NCBI GenBank assembly: GCA_028714495.1
Contig: JAQTMH010000003.1
Coordinates: 72,496 to 136,495, forward strand
Direction of reading: 5' to 3'
Origin: Patescibacteria group bacterium
GTDB taxonomy: Bacteria; Patescibacteriota; Patescibacteriia; JAHIZJ01
DNA length: 64,000 nt
Under the pieces are notes generated by a model that saw only the letters and a program-made list of their open reading frames with translations, ran no database searches and was not told where the DNA came from. Shown here piece after piece: positions 18,701 through 27,840 of the stretch (positions within the stretch are counted from its first letter, which is position 1; each line of letters starts with the position of its first letter). The translations under genes and the position numbers were made by a program.

Positions 18701-20368
18701 GGCTGGCACTTTCAGACTGAAAGCTCCGTTCTCCACCATACCGCCAAGGTCACAGTATCCCATCATATCTCCTTCGGCGCTGACCGAGCGATTTACATCC
18801 CTGGCATAGGCATAGCTACTCAGAGTGTCGAGAGTACTGCCTTCATTGTCCTGGACAGTTCCACTGATAGTAGCGTCTGCAATGGTGAACGTAAAGTCCA
18901 TAGATTCCGTCTCATTGTCGCCAACTACTACCCTTTGGGGCGCCTGGGTTTTCACATAGGTTGTTTGGCCGCTATTCGAAGGGAAAGAGTCGACAAACCA
19001 GGTACCCGCCACTAAGCTTAGGGAATAATTGCCTAAACTGTCTGTTTGAGTATTTCCATAGCCAGAACCGAACATTTGCCAGGCATTTACAAATTCATTA
19101 GCCAATGGATTGCCAACGCTATCAGTAACCTGGCCGGTTATATGGGCGGTTTTTTCTAATAAATATATTGTGCCAATATTCTTCGTCTCCTGGTTGCCTA
19201 TTGGTATTGATGGCACTTCCGGCCCGCCATAATCGTTGCTATTTACCTGGATATTTATCATAAAGGTGCCGTTTGAGGGAACGCCAAGACTGAAATACCC
19301 TTGGGCATCAGCCTGAGTGCTGCCTCCGCCGCCAAAACCGCCCGCGCTCCAGGCATTGATGTTTACTGAATTCGGTGTTGGAATACTGCCGTCTGGATTA
19401 AGCACGCGTCCGGTAATCGTTGAATCGAATACCGTTACCACAAAATCAGCTGTCGCGGTTTCTGCCACGCTGTTGGCTTGGGTAAATGACACGCTGGTTG
19501 GCATGTCGAAATAGCCCCAGTCAGGCGCCCCGCCCTGTCCCCACGATGGCGATAGCATCACTTGAAAATTTCCCCGTCCGATTAACATACTATATCGGCC
19601 ATTTTGATCTGTTTGGTCTTGAGCAAAACCAGATGTCCCATCCATGGAAAAAGCGTTTACCATGGCATCGGTAACTAAGCTCCCGTCCGGTTTTGTGATT
19701 GTTCCCTGGATTGTTTTCATAGCCGCTTCTAGCTGGATCGGCGTAGTGAGATAGTCTGTGTTGGTTGAGCCAGCGGTCACAGTGACCGCCAGACCGATCG
19801 TAGATAGAATTCCATAATCGCTGAAAGACGGATTAATATCTAGATAGTATGTTCCAGATGCCAAATCGGATCCGATTCGAAAATTTCCTGACGTATCAGT
19901 ATTAGCATTTTCAAAATACGTATAAGTGGCATCGCGCAACTGGATACTAGCCGACTGGGCTGGTAAGCTATTCGGATTCAATACGGTTCCCTTGACCCCT
20001 GGCACCACCAAAGCAAGGTTAAGCGTTACCGGCGTACCCGAGTAAGTAAAGCTTGACGCCGGTGGACTTACCTCATCAGGATCGTTTACCCAAACCGTAG
20101 CGTAATATGTGCCGGACTGGGTCAGGGTCGTTTGAATCTGTCCATTCGAATCAGTATATCCATAGTAATAAAATGTGTAGTTGCTTGAATTAATTGCTAC
20201 GCCGGCGCCGGATACGGGTGTGACTTCGTCTGATTTTGTAATCGTTACGGTTAGATTTTCTCCTTCGGCTCTCGCGTATTGCAGGCCGTTTAGGGAATAA
20301 GGTCCTATTAAAACAAGGACTGTCAAAAAAACCATCAGTGTTTTCGCAATTTTTCGATTTGATTTCAT
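15710..20368 (-). CDS. Giant (1552 aa) secreted or surface repeat protein. It has an N-terminal signal peptide, many carboxypeptidase-regulatory-like / Ig-like beta-sandwich repeats, and a C-terminal array of about 8 FG-GAP/VCBS-like beta-propeller repeats.
   Basis: MKSNRKIAKTLMVFLTVLVLIG signal. Repeated ...GTV.D..G.P...A.V... units. C-terminal repeats carry DLNGDGADEII / ADVNADGSDELVV / ADIDRDGRDEIITVP and DWFMAY..F.GG motifs. Confidence 0.75.
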   Translation of the reverse strand: MKSNRKIAKTLMVFLTVLVLIGPYSLNGLQYARAEGENLTVTITKSDEVTPVSGAGVAINSSNYTFYYYGYTDSNGQIQTTLTQSGTYYATVWVNDPDEVSPPASSFTYSGTPVTLNLALVVPGVKGTVLNPNSLPAQSASIQLRDATYTYFENANTDTSGNFRIGSDLASGTYYLDINPSFSDYGILSTIGLAVTVTAGSTNTDYLTTPIQLEAAMKTIQGTITKPDGSLVTDAMVNAFSMDGTSGFAQDQTDQNGRYSMLIGRGNFQVMLSPSWGQGGAPDWGYFDMPTSVSFTQANSVAETATADFVVTVFDSTITGRVLNPDGSIPTPNSVNINAWSAGGFGGGGSTQADAQGYFSLGVPSNGTFMINIQVNSNDYGGPEVPSIPIGNQETKNIGTIYLLEKTAHITGQVTDSVGNPLANEFVNAWQMFGSGYGNTQTDSLGNYSLSLVAGTWFVDSFPSNSGQTTYVKTQAPQRVVVGDNETESMDFTFTIADATISGTVQDNEGSTLDTLSSYAYARDVNRSVSAEGDMMGYCDLGGMVENGAFSLKVPAGTYQIGLFMPPSSNYTPSAEATVTVGTGETHEGTVITLLPNNATISGSLLDRDGNPINSVWGEVFANNGTGGQQWTQFINGTYTLTVAAGDWNIGYWVDPASGYISSFGEDNTITAIANGTVTHNITMLKADSVVSGTILDPNGQPLSNAWVSVDTELGGRSSTTDSFFGPMFNQGNISDVNGHFSVTVPEGNYFVSASMPTDQGYIYPQAQAVATSPSSPAEVTMQFRQADGTITGTVSLDDQPMANSYINAWSEDGAFSETTASSDGTYSLNIIKNQAWHVSATYETVTKFYRSDEINVAVPDSGTAAQDLALIESDITIPPAQTATFDSTESKTMQLLDGTTIDMPAYSLDTSGDVTVTATPKGQGVPSTATSKPIALAYDLTAKDSQNQLITSFQANVTITIPYTHAQLDALGITEDDIAPRYYDETSGTWKTVNNVTVDKDNDTVSFLVDHFTNFALVTNKQNADLEQEEEGLELTLSSPTDNSVASTDSVSVSGTVSDATAEVTAQLNGVDTSLTVGSTGSFSAMIVGLKKGYNTLVVTAETDSDSTDISRTVAFRPTKASEKIVTVPENGSPQVRVFGTNGEVSASFFAFNENLRGKFDVLTADLNGDGADEIIAYPDKEFSPHIRVFNLSGEFISQVFAYQEAFKNGITVEAADVNADGSDELVVLPKSGGGSNLRVYNYLTGSRELHLLDWIMAYNEGFRGQLNVETADIDRDGRDEIITVPAEKGGSNVRVYKYQSAAEGLTLVDWFMAYGEKFNGGVNLAIGNVMGDSKLEVVLSPVGQGGPNVRVYQYSSTTQEFSLADWFMAYQETYRDGVKVTLADINADGLDEIVTVPVSGGPNVRTYAYDMATAGFSLVDWFMAYAETFRGGVNVTAGYLDGDNYEDLIVTPNSATGTNLRIYEYSATTSNLGLIDWSLVYGEAIRSKLDVLLADIDADQMSEIVISPLSGGGPNVRMLNLTNGVLETSDWFMAYAETFRGGVQVTTAAN

Positions 20369-20644
20369 TTTTTTATTGTTATTTTTTTATATATAAAAAA
20401 CCGTTTACTTTAAAACGGCTATTTCAAACCACTGAATATAATTGAAGAAAGTCCTTTTTTAACCCCTCCATTTTGATTTTGTCTTTGCTTTTTATATTCT
20501 TACATCTTTATTATACTCCCAAAACAGCGTTTTGTCAATAGTTTAGTCATAATTATTCAAACATTAGTTCTGGTTAATATTCACTTATTATTCATTTTCC
20601 TGTATAATACTTTTAGGCGTAATCATTAACCAAATTCAAAACGC

Positions 20645-21100
20645 ATGAAATCAAAAACAGCCTTAATGGCAATCCTGGTCACTTCTTTGGCCGGCGTCAT
20701 CTATTCAGGCTACCTCACCTATAATAACTACTGGGGTGGCGGATGCGAGAAAGCGATTGTAAGTTGCAGCGGCGGCGGACAGCCAGTAGAGATTTTTGGA
20801 CTGCCAACGTGTGTTTACGGTTTCTTTATGTTTCTAATTGTAGCCATTCTCTCGATCATTGGCCTGGGCCAGGATAAAAAAACCTATCTCAAATCAATTT
20901 TCGTTATTTCACTTATCGGCACCCTCTTTGCCCTTGGCGTAACAATATACGAAATGTGGATAATGGAAAATCCAGCGACAACCCTGCCAGCTTGCGCTTA
21001 TGGATTTTTCATATATCTAATCGCCTTAATCTTCGCTTCACTTGGTTTCCGTGGAATGAAGACGACTCCTCCGGCAGTCATCACTCCGCCGCAAGTATAA
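20645..21100 (+). CDS. Small 4-TM integral membrane protein with a Cys-containing loop (GGGCEKAIVSCSGGG) and an internally duplicated LP(T/A)C(V/A)YGFF motif. TM1 looks VKOR-like but there is no CXXC.
   Basis: 151 aa. TM1 ...SGYLTYNNY is reminiscent of the VKOR family, but the catalytic CXXC is absent. Confidence 0.4.
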   Translation: MKSKTALMAILVTSLAGVIYSGYLTYNNYWGGGCEKAIVSCSGGGQPVEIFGLPTCVYGFFMFLIVAILSIIGLGQDKKTYLKSIFVISLIGTLFALGVTIYEMWIMENPATTLPACAYGFFIYLIALIFASLGFRGMKTTPPAVITPPQV

Positions 21101-21117
21101 ACTTGGCAGATATAATC

Positions 21118-21150
21118 AAAAGAGGACATCGAATGTCCTCTTTTGTTGTT
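21118..21150. terminator. Bidirectional terminator hairpin
   Basis: aagaggacat-cga-atgtcctctt with flanking T-runs. Confidence 0.5.
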
Positions 21151-21180
21151 ATAAAACTTTTTTGAACCTTTCCGAAAAAA

Positions 21181-21927
21181 TCACAACTGGCTCGGAGACA
21201 AAGGTTCCAATGGGATCGGCGTGCCTTCGGGTGCGTATTCGATCTTCGTGCCAGCCGGCCAGATAAACTGCACGTCCTCCGGCATTGAGAGATCGAGGTA
21301 GATATCCGCGCCACTGACCTTCATATTTGTCAGATTCGATGCGTCGCTGAAATTCGCCGTGTGCGTGCCAGTAACTGACTTTATATAATTAATCGAACCC
21401 TGGTTCGCGCCGTAGTTAAGCGTGTCGCTGCCGCAAACCCAGTTCCCCGGCTCGCCTGTGACAGTCTCATGAACAGTACCGCTTGGTTTGGCTGGTCCTT
21501 TGCTGGGCAGATCATTCGGTCCAACTTCGAGATCAGTGAGATTGAGATCAATCCAGCCATCAATATAAACAACCTGGTCTTTAGTTGTGTTACAGCCGCT
21601 ACCGATTAAAATTTGGGATGAGCTTTGGACCTGGCTGAAATAAATCTTCCAAGGCACGAAATACGCGTTGTTCTTTATTGTTTCAGCTTCAGGCACTGGC
21701 CGGCCGACAATGTATGTAGTTGTGGCTACACCGCCCGAGACAACTGGCGGAGTCGACCCTCGATAAAAGATTACGTAGTCGGTTCGATCAGTTATACCCG
21801 CTCCCTGATTCTGACTTCCGCTGTTAGCTGATTTATTGTCATTTGACGTATCCGTTTTTTTAGCACAGCCAGTCAAAATCAAAAAAAACACCAAACAAAT
21901 GGCTACTAAGGTGGTTCTTTTTAGCAT
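21181..21927 (-). CDS. Lipoprotein (lipobox LTGC) with a low-complexity N/S/Q linker
   Basis: MLKRTTLVAICLVFFLILTGCAKK... Confidence 0.6.
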   Translation of the reverse strand: MLKRTTLVAICLVFFLILTGCAKKTDTSNDNKSANSGSQNQGAGITDRTDYVIFYRGSTPPVVSGGVATTTYIVGRPVPEAETIKNNAYFVPWKIYFSQVQSSSQILIGSGCNTTKDQVVYIDGWIDLNLTDLEVGPNDLPSKGPAKPSGTVHETVTGEPGNWVCGSDTLNYGANQGSINYIKSVTGTHTANFSDASNLTNMKVSGADIYLDLSMPEDVQFIWPAGTKIEYAPEGTPIPLEPLSPSQL

Positions 21928-21981
21928 AGCTTAAATATTTAATACTAATAAATAATCTTCATCCGCCAGTTAAATACGGAG

Positions 21982-22779
21982 TTACTCGCTCACCGTGATT
22001 GGCACTGATTGAGCTTCAACTCCGTTCAAGTAAATTTTCATGCTGTACTCGCCCGGAGTCGAGGGCAAACTGAAACAGCAGGAACCGTTGGTGCTGTTTC
22101 CAGCCTGGAGTTGGCTTTCTGGTCCTACGGCCTCAACCACGTTACCGGCGCTGTCGACAATAGCGCGGGAATATTTATCGTTGGCTGTAAAATTTCCAAT
22201 AACACCTATGCCATACAGGTCGCCGACCTCGAATGTGTTTGTCACTTCCATATTGACGTTCGGTGAAAACGTGGTGCCAGCTGGCAGACGCTGGAGCTCT
22301 ACTCTTGTAATTCCGGTAGTGGACGCGTTAGTGTTGGTATTTGCGCTAGCCGGATTTAAATTGACAACGTTTACGGTGATGCTGCCGCACTCGCGATCCT
22401 TACATGTCAGCTGATAGGTTCCACCTGGATCAGTGTTGTTGATTGATGTGCTGAACGTACCGCTAGTGGATACCGCGCCAGTGCCTTTAAATTCAAAGTC
22501 GACTGGCTGGTCATCGCTGGCCAACGTTACCCGAACGATATCTCCGGCATAAAAAGTCATAGTGGTGTAATTAAACCTGTCGTTTACCAGCTTAAGCGTA
22601 AAGACTTTTGTATTGCCAGACATAGTAAAAGGCGCCTCTCCACCAATTGCGTTTGTATTACTATTTGTGTTCGCGTTGTTTGTATTTACATTGTCAGTGC
22701 TTTTTTTCTTTTGCCCACAGCCGGACAATATTAAAACCAACATCAAGAAAAGGGCAATGAATGTGGCTTTCTTTCGCAT
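21982..22779 (-). CDS. Lipoprotein (lipobox LSGC) with an N/T-rich linker
   Basis: MRKKATFIALFLMLVLILSGCGQKK...NTNNANTNSNTN. Confidence 0.6.
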   Translation of the reverse strand: MRKKATFIALFLMLVLILSGCGQKKKSTDNVNTNNANTNSNTNAIGGEAPFTMSGNTKVFTLKLVNDRFNYTTMTFYAGDIVRVTLASDDQPVDFEFKGTGAVSTSGTFSTSINNTDPGGTYQLTCKDRECGSITVNVVNLNPASANTNTNASTTGITRVELQRLPAGTTFSPNVNMEVTNTFEVGDLYGIGVIGNFTANDKYSRAIVDSAGNVVEAVGPESQLQAGNSTNGSCCFSLPSTPGEYSMKIYLNGVEAQSVPITVSE

Positions 22780-22992
22780 TTTATTAAAGTTATTTATTAA
22801 ACTCCAGCTACATTATATCACAATTTTTCAATTCAATAAAACCGTGTCGCCAGAACAAAATACAGAAATCCGCAATTATTTGAAGTGATATAATTAACCT
22901 AACAATATTACCGGGGAATATTATTAACCTTTTAGTTAAAAGGTTTACTTGATTATTGTATCAGAAAATCACCAGGCTAGCGATTTTATTAT

Positions 22993-23021
22993 TAAAAAAG
23001 ATACGAGATTGCTCTCGTATC
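22993..23021 (-). terminator. Rho-independent terminator ending the GC-rich operon
   Basis: gatacgaga-ttgc-tctcgtatc, followed on the minus strand by TTTTTT. Confidence 0.5.
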
Positions 23022-23031
23022 GAAATGAACA

Positions 23032-23937
23032 TTAGAGACTAGGCCGGGTGTCTCGGAGATATTCCATGAAGTACTGGGCATCTCGAGTACAACCCTTGGG
23101 CAGTCGTGGAACATCGCGGCACAGCACTGGCCGACCCGAGCATTCGCCCACTGCCTGCCAGAGCTTGATGCTCTGATCCAGCACAAACCTGGAAAAATCA
23201 ATCACGCAGTCAGTCGGAATCGAAGCGCCGCTGATCGGATCGCCGAACGGCAGGCAATACGGCAAAGCCACTTCTGGCTCGCACGGAATCACCTGGCTAT
23301 CAACCCGACGACCTGCGGTCCTCCCGGATAAAGGAACGCCGACATAAAAGTCCCGCTCGCAGACCCAATCAACTACAGCTGGGTACTCGCGCACACCGAC
23401 CAGCTCCACCCATGGATGCTTGGCCAGAAGCTGGTTTTCCGGCCGGCCAATGATTATCCCGACGATGACTTGACTGACCACATAGCCATTTTCCCGCATT
23501 AGTTCGGTTATCCGAAGCAGGGTGCCGCCTGAATAGCAACCGTCGTCAACCAGTGAAATCGGACGACCCTTGGGTAAAGATCTGATTTGGTCAACTAATG
23601 ACTCGAAGCCGGCACGACGCGATTCGCCTAGAATCTGGGTCGTGCTGATATCAGCCACGCGGTTGCACTCCAGATGATAGGGCGTCTGGTTGTAGATCTG
23701 GTCGATCGAGACAACGATCGTTCCGGCGGCTCGGGCAGCAATCGCGGCTTGCAGTTTTCCGCTCAAATCAGCCAGTTCGATAAGTTCAAGCGGCCGAAAG
23801 ATCGTTCGCAGATAGCCAAGCAGCTCCTGCTGGAGGGTCCGGAAAAAGTCCGAACTCGGACAGCTGAAGCCAACACGCTCGGCCCATCTGCGCATGAGGA
23901 ATTCCAGATCCTCGGTTACGAGGTAGGGTGGCTTCAT
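23032..23937 (-). CDS. Type-I phosphoribosyltransferase-like protein (PRPP-binding motif) with N- and C-terminal extensions. GC-rich.
   Basis: PISLVDDGCYSGGTLLRI matches the VLLVDD..TGGT PRPP loop. 301 aa. About 58% GC. 4-bp overlap with the upstream gene. Confidence 0.5.
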   Translation of the reverse strand: MKPPYLVTEDLEFLMRRWAERVGFSCPSSDFFRTLQQELLGYLRTIFRPLELIELADLSGKLQAAIAARAAGTIVVSIDQIYNQTPYHLECNRVADISTTQILGESRRAGFESLVDQIRSLPKGRPISLVDDGCYSGGTLLRITELMRENGYVVSQVIVGIIIGRPENQLLAKHPWVELVGVREYPAVVDWVCERDFYVGVPLSGRTAGRRVDSQVIPCEPEVALPYCLPFGDPISGASIPTDCVIDFSRFVLDQSIKLWQAVGECSGRPVLCRDVPRLPKGCTRDAQYFMEYLRDTRPSL

Positions 23938-24773
23938 GCTCTCCTCCTTTTCCCTAAGGGTTTCGTGGAAATCCGCTGTAGGATTTCCAGAGCTCCAGCT
24001 GTGATCGGCTCCGTAGCCACAAAGTCAGCGACCGCCTGTAATTCAGCGGCAGCATTGCTGACAGCGCAAAGTAGGTCTACATGTCCTAAGAGCCTGGCGT
24101 CGCTCCTGCCATCGCCAATGGCGATCACCCTGTATCCACGATACTTCCGCCGTAGCACGGGAACGGCAAGCTCTTTGTCTAACCCGGCACTTGATAGAAT
24201 CAGCACACCACATTCAGCATTGGCATCGATGTCCACCAACTCGGTTATTCCCAGTCTATCGAGAACCACTTTCACGGTCCCGACCACGCTGGGATAAGCT
24301 CCATAATCAGGAGTCAGCTGGTTTGTCCAGACATGCAGGCCAAAGCCACAGAGACGGAATGGATTGATGACAATCATCGTGCCTGACCGCGCATCTAGCC
24401 CGCGTTGGTTCGACAGGAGATCAAGGTAGTATTCCTCAGTCAGGGCGAAGTCTGGAAAAGCGCTCCGGAGTGAAGATATAATCAGCTGCTTGACCGAATG
24501 CCAGCCGATTACCTGCTGTCGAGTAAGTAGGTGACTGCCGGACAGCGTCGAGACAATGGCTCCTTTTTCACTGACGATCGGACCGGTAAAACCGAATATC
24601 CCCATCCAGCGCCGAAGCGGCTCATACGGAGTATCCGAGTTTAGCCCGAAAAGATCGCCCGCCTCCATCATCTGTCGAACCAATAGTTTGAACGCGTCTA
24701 GCTGGATTGTCGGCTGATAATCCCGACCGATAAGACTCATGTCGAGATCGCAGAGAATCAGTCTGGGTCTCAT
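23934..24773 (-). CDS. HAD-superfamily phosphatase (HAD-IIB / Cof-like). GC-rich.
   Basis: LILCDLDMSL (DxD motif I), IAIGDGRSDARLL (motif IV). 279 aa. Confidence 0.65.
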   Translation of the reverse strand: MRPRLILCDLDMSLIGRDYQPTIQLDAFKLLVRQMMEAGDLFGLNSDTPYEPLRRWMGIFGFTGPIVSEKGAIVSTLSGSHLLTRQQVIGWHSVKQLIISSLRSAFPDFALTEEYYLDLLSNQRGLDARSGTMIVINPFRLCGFGLHVWTNQLTPDYGAYPSVVGTVKVVLDRLGITELVDIDANAECGVLILSSAGLDKELAVPVLRRKYRGYRVIAIGDGRSDARLLGHVDLLCAVSNAAAELQAVADFVATEPITAGALEILQRISTKPLGKRRRA

Positions 24774-25783
24774 ATGGCCACCTCAGCCAGCGAAGAGATT
24801 AGGCGACCGGCCTGTTCCTGCATGGCTTCGATCAGCCAGACCCGTTCAGGATCTAGACAATAGTCACAACGGCAGGCGGCATAGGCACTGTAGTAGACCG
24901 CGCAGCACAATTCATAGAGCTGAGGCGTAAATATCCCCGCCTCAATCATCAGTTGCCGTGCCCTTTTGATTCTGCGCAAGGCGCCAAGATGGAATACAGA
25001 TCCCACAGTCTTTCTGATCTCCAATTCCTTGCGTCTGAGCGAGGCTTCGAGAGCGGCTAGGTCAACTGCGATGTTTCCGTCCGCCAAGCGCTCTTTGGAC
25101 CAAGGCAACGCCATCTTCGGGTCAATGAATCTGACCCGTGGCTGGTCAAGCGATTCGCTAACCAGCACATTGATAGCGACATTATCTTTCAGCGCCATCG
25201 AAGAAGACCAGCGTTCGAAAAACCAGGGAAAACGCTTTTGCAGCCGATCCAGCGCTGGGTTCAATCCGGTCATTTTCGCCCTTTCCAGATTTACCCGAAA
25301 CGCGCTCAGGCATTCCTGGAAAAACGTCTCTTGATCGTCTTGATTGCCGCGACTGGTCAAACTGTAGATCATTCTCAGCTTGTCAATCACCTGGCCGACG
25401 ATGTTGCCGATCTGAGATTGGCGTCGCTGGATGATTGGATGGTGACACGGCAGTGTTTCAAGCCATTCGCACAGGTCCAGGCAAATCGCCTCAAGCGTCC
25501 GTTCCCCCGCCACTTCCAGAAACAGCACTCCTTGATCATCCGTTTGGTTGACGAGTCGAAAATCAGGCAGAAACTCACCATATCGATCACCCAGCCGTGC
25601 CTGAAGAGTCCGATAAGCAGCCACATCGCCATTCAAGATGTCCAGCCGGCCGGCCTTCACCACGCCCCGGACCAGAAATGTGTCAGCGCCAGAAGCACCC
25701 TCTTGCCTGTCAAATGTCATCAAGCTGACTGCCGCTGATGCCGAACCAATCAAACCCTGCTTTGCTAAACCCAAGAATTCCAT
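24770..25783 (-). CDS. Hypothetical protein, possibly a small-molecule kinase of the APH/choline-kinase fold (weak). GC-rich.
   Basis: ALKDNVAINVL (D-x4-N), RFIDPKMA...DLAALE, reminiscent of the HGDxxxxN / IDxE.A / DLA motifs. RBS GGAGGGGAG. 337 aa. Confidence 0.35.
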   Translation of the reverse strand: MEFLGLAKQGLIGSASAAVSLMTFDRQEGASGADTFLVRGVVKAGRLDILNGDVAAYRTLQARLGDRYGEFLPDFRLVNQTDDQGVLFLEVAGERTLEAICLDLCEWLETLPCHHPIIQRRQSQIGNIVGQVIDKLRMIYSLTSRGNQDDQETFFQECLSAFRVNLERAKMTGLNPALDRLQKRFPWFFERWSSSMALKDNVAINVLVSESLDQPRVRFIDPKMALPWSKERLADGNIAVDLAALEASLRRKELEIRKTVGSVFHLGALRRIKRARQLMIEAGIFTPQLYELCCAVYYSAYAACRCDYCLDPERVWLIEAMQEQAGRLISSLAEVAI

Positions 25784-25939
25784 GGTCTCCCCTCCTCGTT
25801 TGTTGGTCAGTTTTCAAAGAGCCATTATAGTCAATGAGTGACTAGCAAATTTATTCGAGCCGTTTCCTTTAGTCTTTCATCAAATCAATGCTTCAGGTAT
25901 TCAAGGGAATTTAGTATATATAATCCAGTTTGTCAATGC

Positions 25940-27058
25940 TTAAGAAACCAAAGCATTTTTCTGCAATATTATGGCTTGTTTTAACACCTCGAAACTGGCT
26001 GGCCTCAGTTCCCAAATCACGCACAATTTACCATCGCTATTGGCGCTGATCATCTCCAGAACCGTCTTGGCTGATTTGAAAACAAATCCGACTGGAATGT
26101 GGTCGTCAATTACCACATCCCTGACGATTTGCCGCTTGTACCAAAAATCCGCTTTGGCTTTTTTGAGCTGATCCGGGCTGGCTTCTTTCGTAAATTCTTT
26201 GGTTGTCAGAGAATCAGACAGGTGCACTGCTTTTATCCTTTTTAATATTTCGGGATTATCAGCAAGTTCCTTTTTAATTCTCTGGTCAATCGAATCCGGT
26301 CTATCACCTGCTTCTTGCCCTAACACCGCAACACTGTGTGCTGTATCAAAAGTAACACCTACTTCATTTAAGTCACGGTTTATAAATATTTCCCTAAAAT
26401 CCGCCAGCCGCCGCACGCCCCTATCAATCGCACTGCCGTTTTCAAGCGTTAATAGTTTGGCAAAACCAGAATCGCGCTTTATCAAGTCTTCGGTAAATTG
26501 CCGAACTGCGCTGATCACTGCCTGATCAGAATATTTCCGATCGCCAAATAAAATATCATCATAATCAATCTGATTCGCGTGCCAAGTAGCAACCCTGGCA
26601 TCCAGCTCGCCAGCGATATCTAACTCTCTAGTTAAACGTTCAATCATTACTTCTGGTTTATCGCCGCTGAAATATTTTCGGACATTGGCTGGAGTATAAA
26701 AAGTACGCAGCAATCTCGCCTGATCTTGCTTGTAAAAAGGTATCCAGCTGGCCCAGTCTGATAAGTGGACAGTTAAATTTCCCTGAAATCTGATTTTCTT
26801 CAGCGGATTTGGATCAAAATTCTCGGTAAAACCGATAAAATCCTGGATCCGAATTTCCATTCCGTCAAAGCCCTGTTCCAGGCACCAGTTTTCAATTCTC
26901 GACAAATCCCTGTTAAACTCCTTGATAATCAGTGAGTTGACTGACAACAGCTGAAATCTGGCCGACTTTTCTTTCTTCCAAAGCAAATCAAAGTCTGCTG
27001 GCGGTTTGAGCGCCTTGAACTTTTCCTCGATTAATTTGTCTTTGCTGGTTAATTCCAT
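25940..27058 (-). CDS. Xylose-isomerase-like TIM-barrel protein (sugar-phosphate isomerase/epimerase or AP-endonuclease-2 family)
   Basis: Motifs VHLSDWA, VATWHANQ, LLTLEN, VTFDTAHS, VHLSDS. 372 aa. Confidence 0.55.
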   Translation of the reverse strand: MELTSKDKLIEEKFKALKPPADFDLLWKKEKSARFQLLSVNSLIIKEFNRDLSRIENWCLEQGFDGMEIRIQDFIGFTENFDPNPLKKIRFQGNLTVHLSDWASWIPFYKQDQARLLRTFYTPANVRKYFSGDKPEVMIERLTRELDIAGELDARVATWHANQIDYDDILFGDRKYSDQAVISAVRQFTEDLIKRDSGFAKLLTLENGSAIDRGVRRLADFREIFINRDLNEVGVTFDTAHSVAVLGQEAGDRPDSIDQRIKKELADNPEILKRIKAVHLSDSLTTKEFTKEASPDQLKKAKADFWYKRQIVRDVVIDDHIPVGFVFKSAKTVLEMISANSDGKLCVIWELRPASFEVLKQAIILQKNALVS

Positions 27059-27063
27059 ACAGG

Positions 27064-27822
27064 TTATTTGCTTAAAAGTTCAACCGCCCGTAAAGCAACC
27101 TTGATAGCTTTATCCACGCCTTGATCTGCCTCGGCTGAAGTCTCCAATTTATAAATTAAACCGGGGTCTTTCGCAATCTCGTCCAGCGGTTCAGTGGTAT
27201 TGACCGATAAAACCGTGCCGGCTTTTAAACCTCGCAGCTGGGCTAGCGTAAACACAGCCGAGCATTCCATTTCCGAACTCACTAGCTCGCCTTTTTTATA
27301 TTCAGGCAAATCCATCAGTTTTAAGAAATTATCAGTTGGCTCGTAAAATGAATCGTGCGTGCGGTTTGTGCCGATGAAATATTTAATATTTAATTCTTCA
27401 GCTGCTTGCTTCAAAGCCCGAAACACCTCAGGGTCGGGTTTGGCTTCGAATTCCTCGCCGACATATTCTTTGGTGGTGCCTTCCTGTCGGATCGCCTTAT
27501 CTGGAATAATTAAGTTCCCTGGAACAATGGTTTTCTTCAGGGCGCCGCAAGTGCCAATACGGATGAATATCTTGGCGCCTACCTTAGCCAGCTCCTCAAC
27601 GGCAATGGCCGCCGAGGGAGAACCAATGCCCGTCGAAGTGGCGGAAATTGGAATGCCTTTATATTTACCCGTGTAGGTCAAAAATTCCCTGTTAAAAACA
27701 ACCTCACGGGATTCGTCCCAATATTCGGCGATTCTCCTAACTCGAGCTGGATCGCCTGGAATCAAAACAATTTCGGCGATATCGCCTGGTTTAATTCTCA
27801 GATGTGGTTGTAAATTTTCCAT
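27064..27822 (-). CDS. Nucleoside phosphorylase of the PNP/UDP family-1 (DeoD/Udp-like)
   Basis: IPGDPARV...GIPISATSTGIGSPSAAIAVEEL...RIGTCGAL...SSEMECSA. 252 aa. Confidence 0.8.
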   Translation of the reverse strand: MENLQPHLRIKPGDIAEIVLIPGDPARVRRIAEYWDESREVVFNREFLTYTGKYKGIPISATSTGIGSPSAAIAVEELAKVGAKIFIRIGTCGALKKTIVPGNLIIPDKAIRQEGTTKEYVGEEFEAKPDPEVFRALKQAAEELNIKYFIGTNRTHDSFYEPTDNFLKLMDLPEYKKGELVSSEMECSAVFTLAQLRGLKAGTVLSVNTTEPLDEIAKDPGLIYKLETSAEADQGVDKAIKVALRAVELLSK

Positions 27823-27840
27823 TGGTTTGCTTTATTTATT

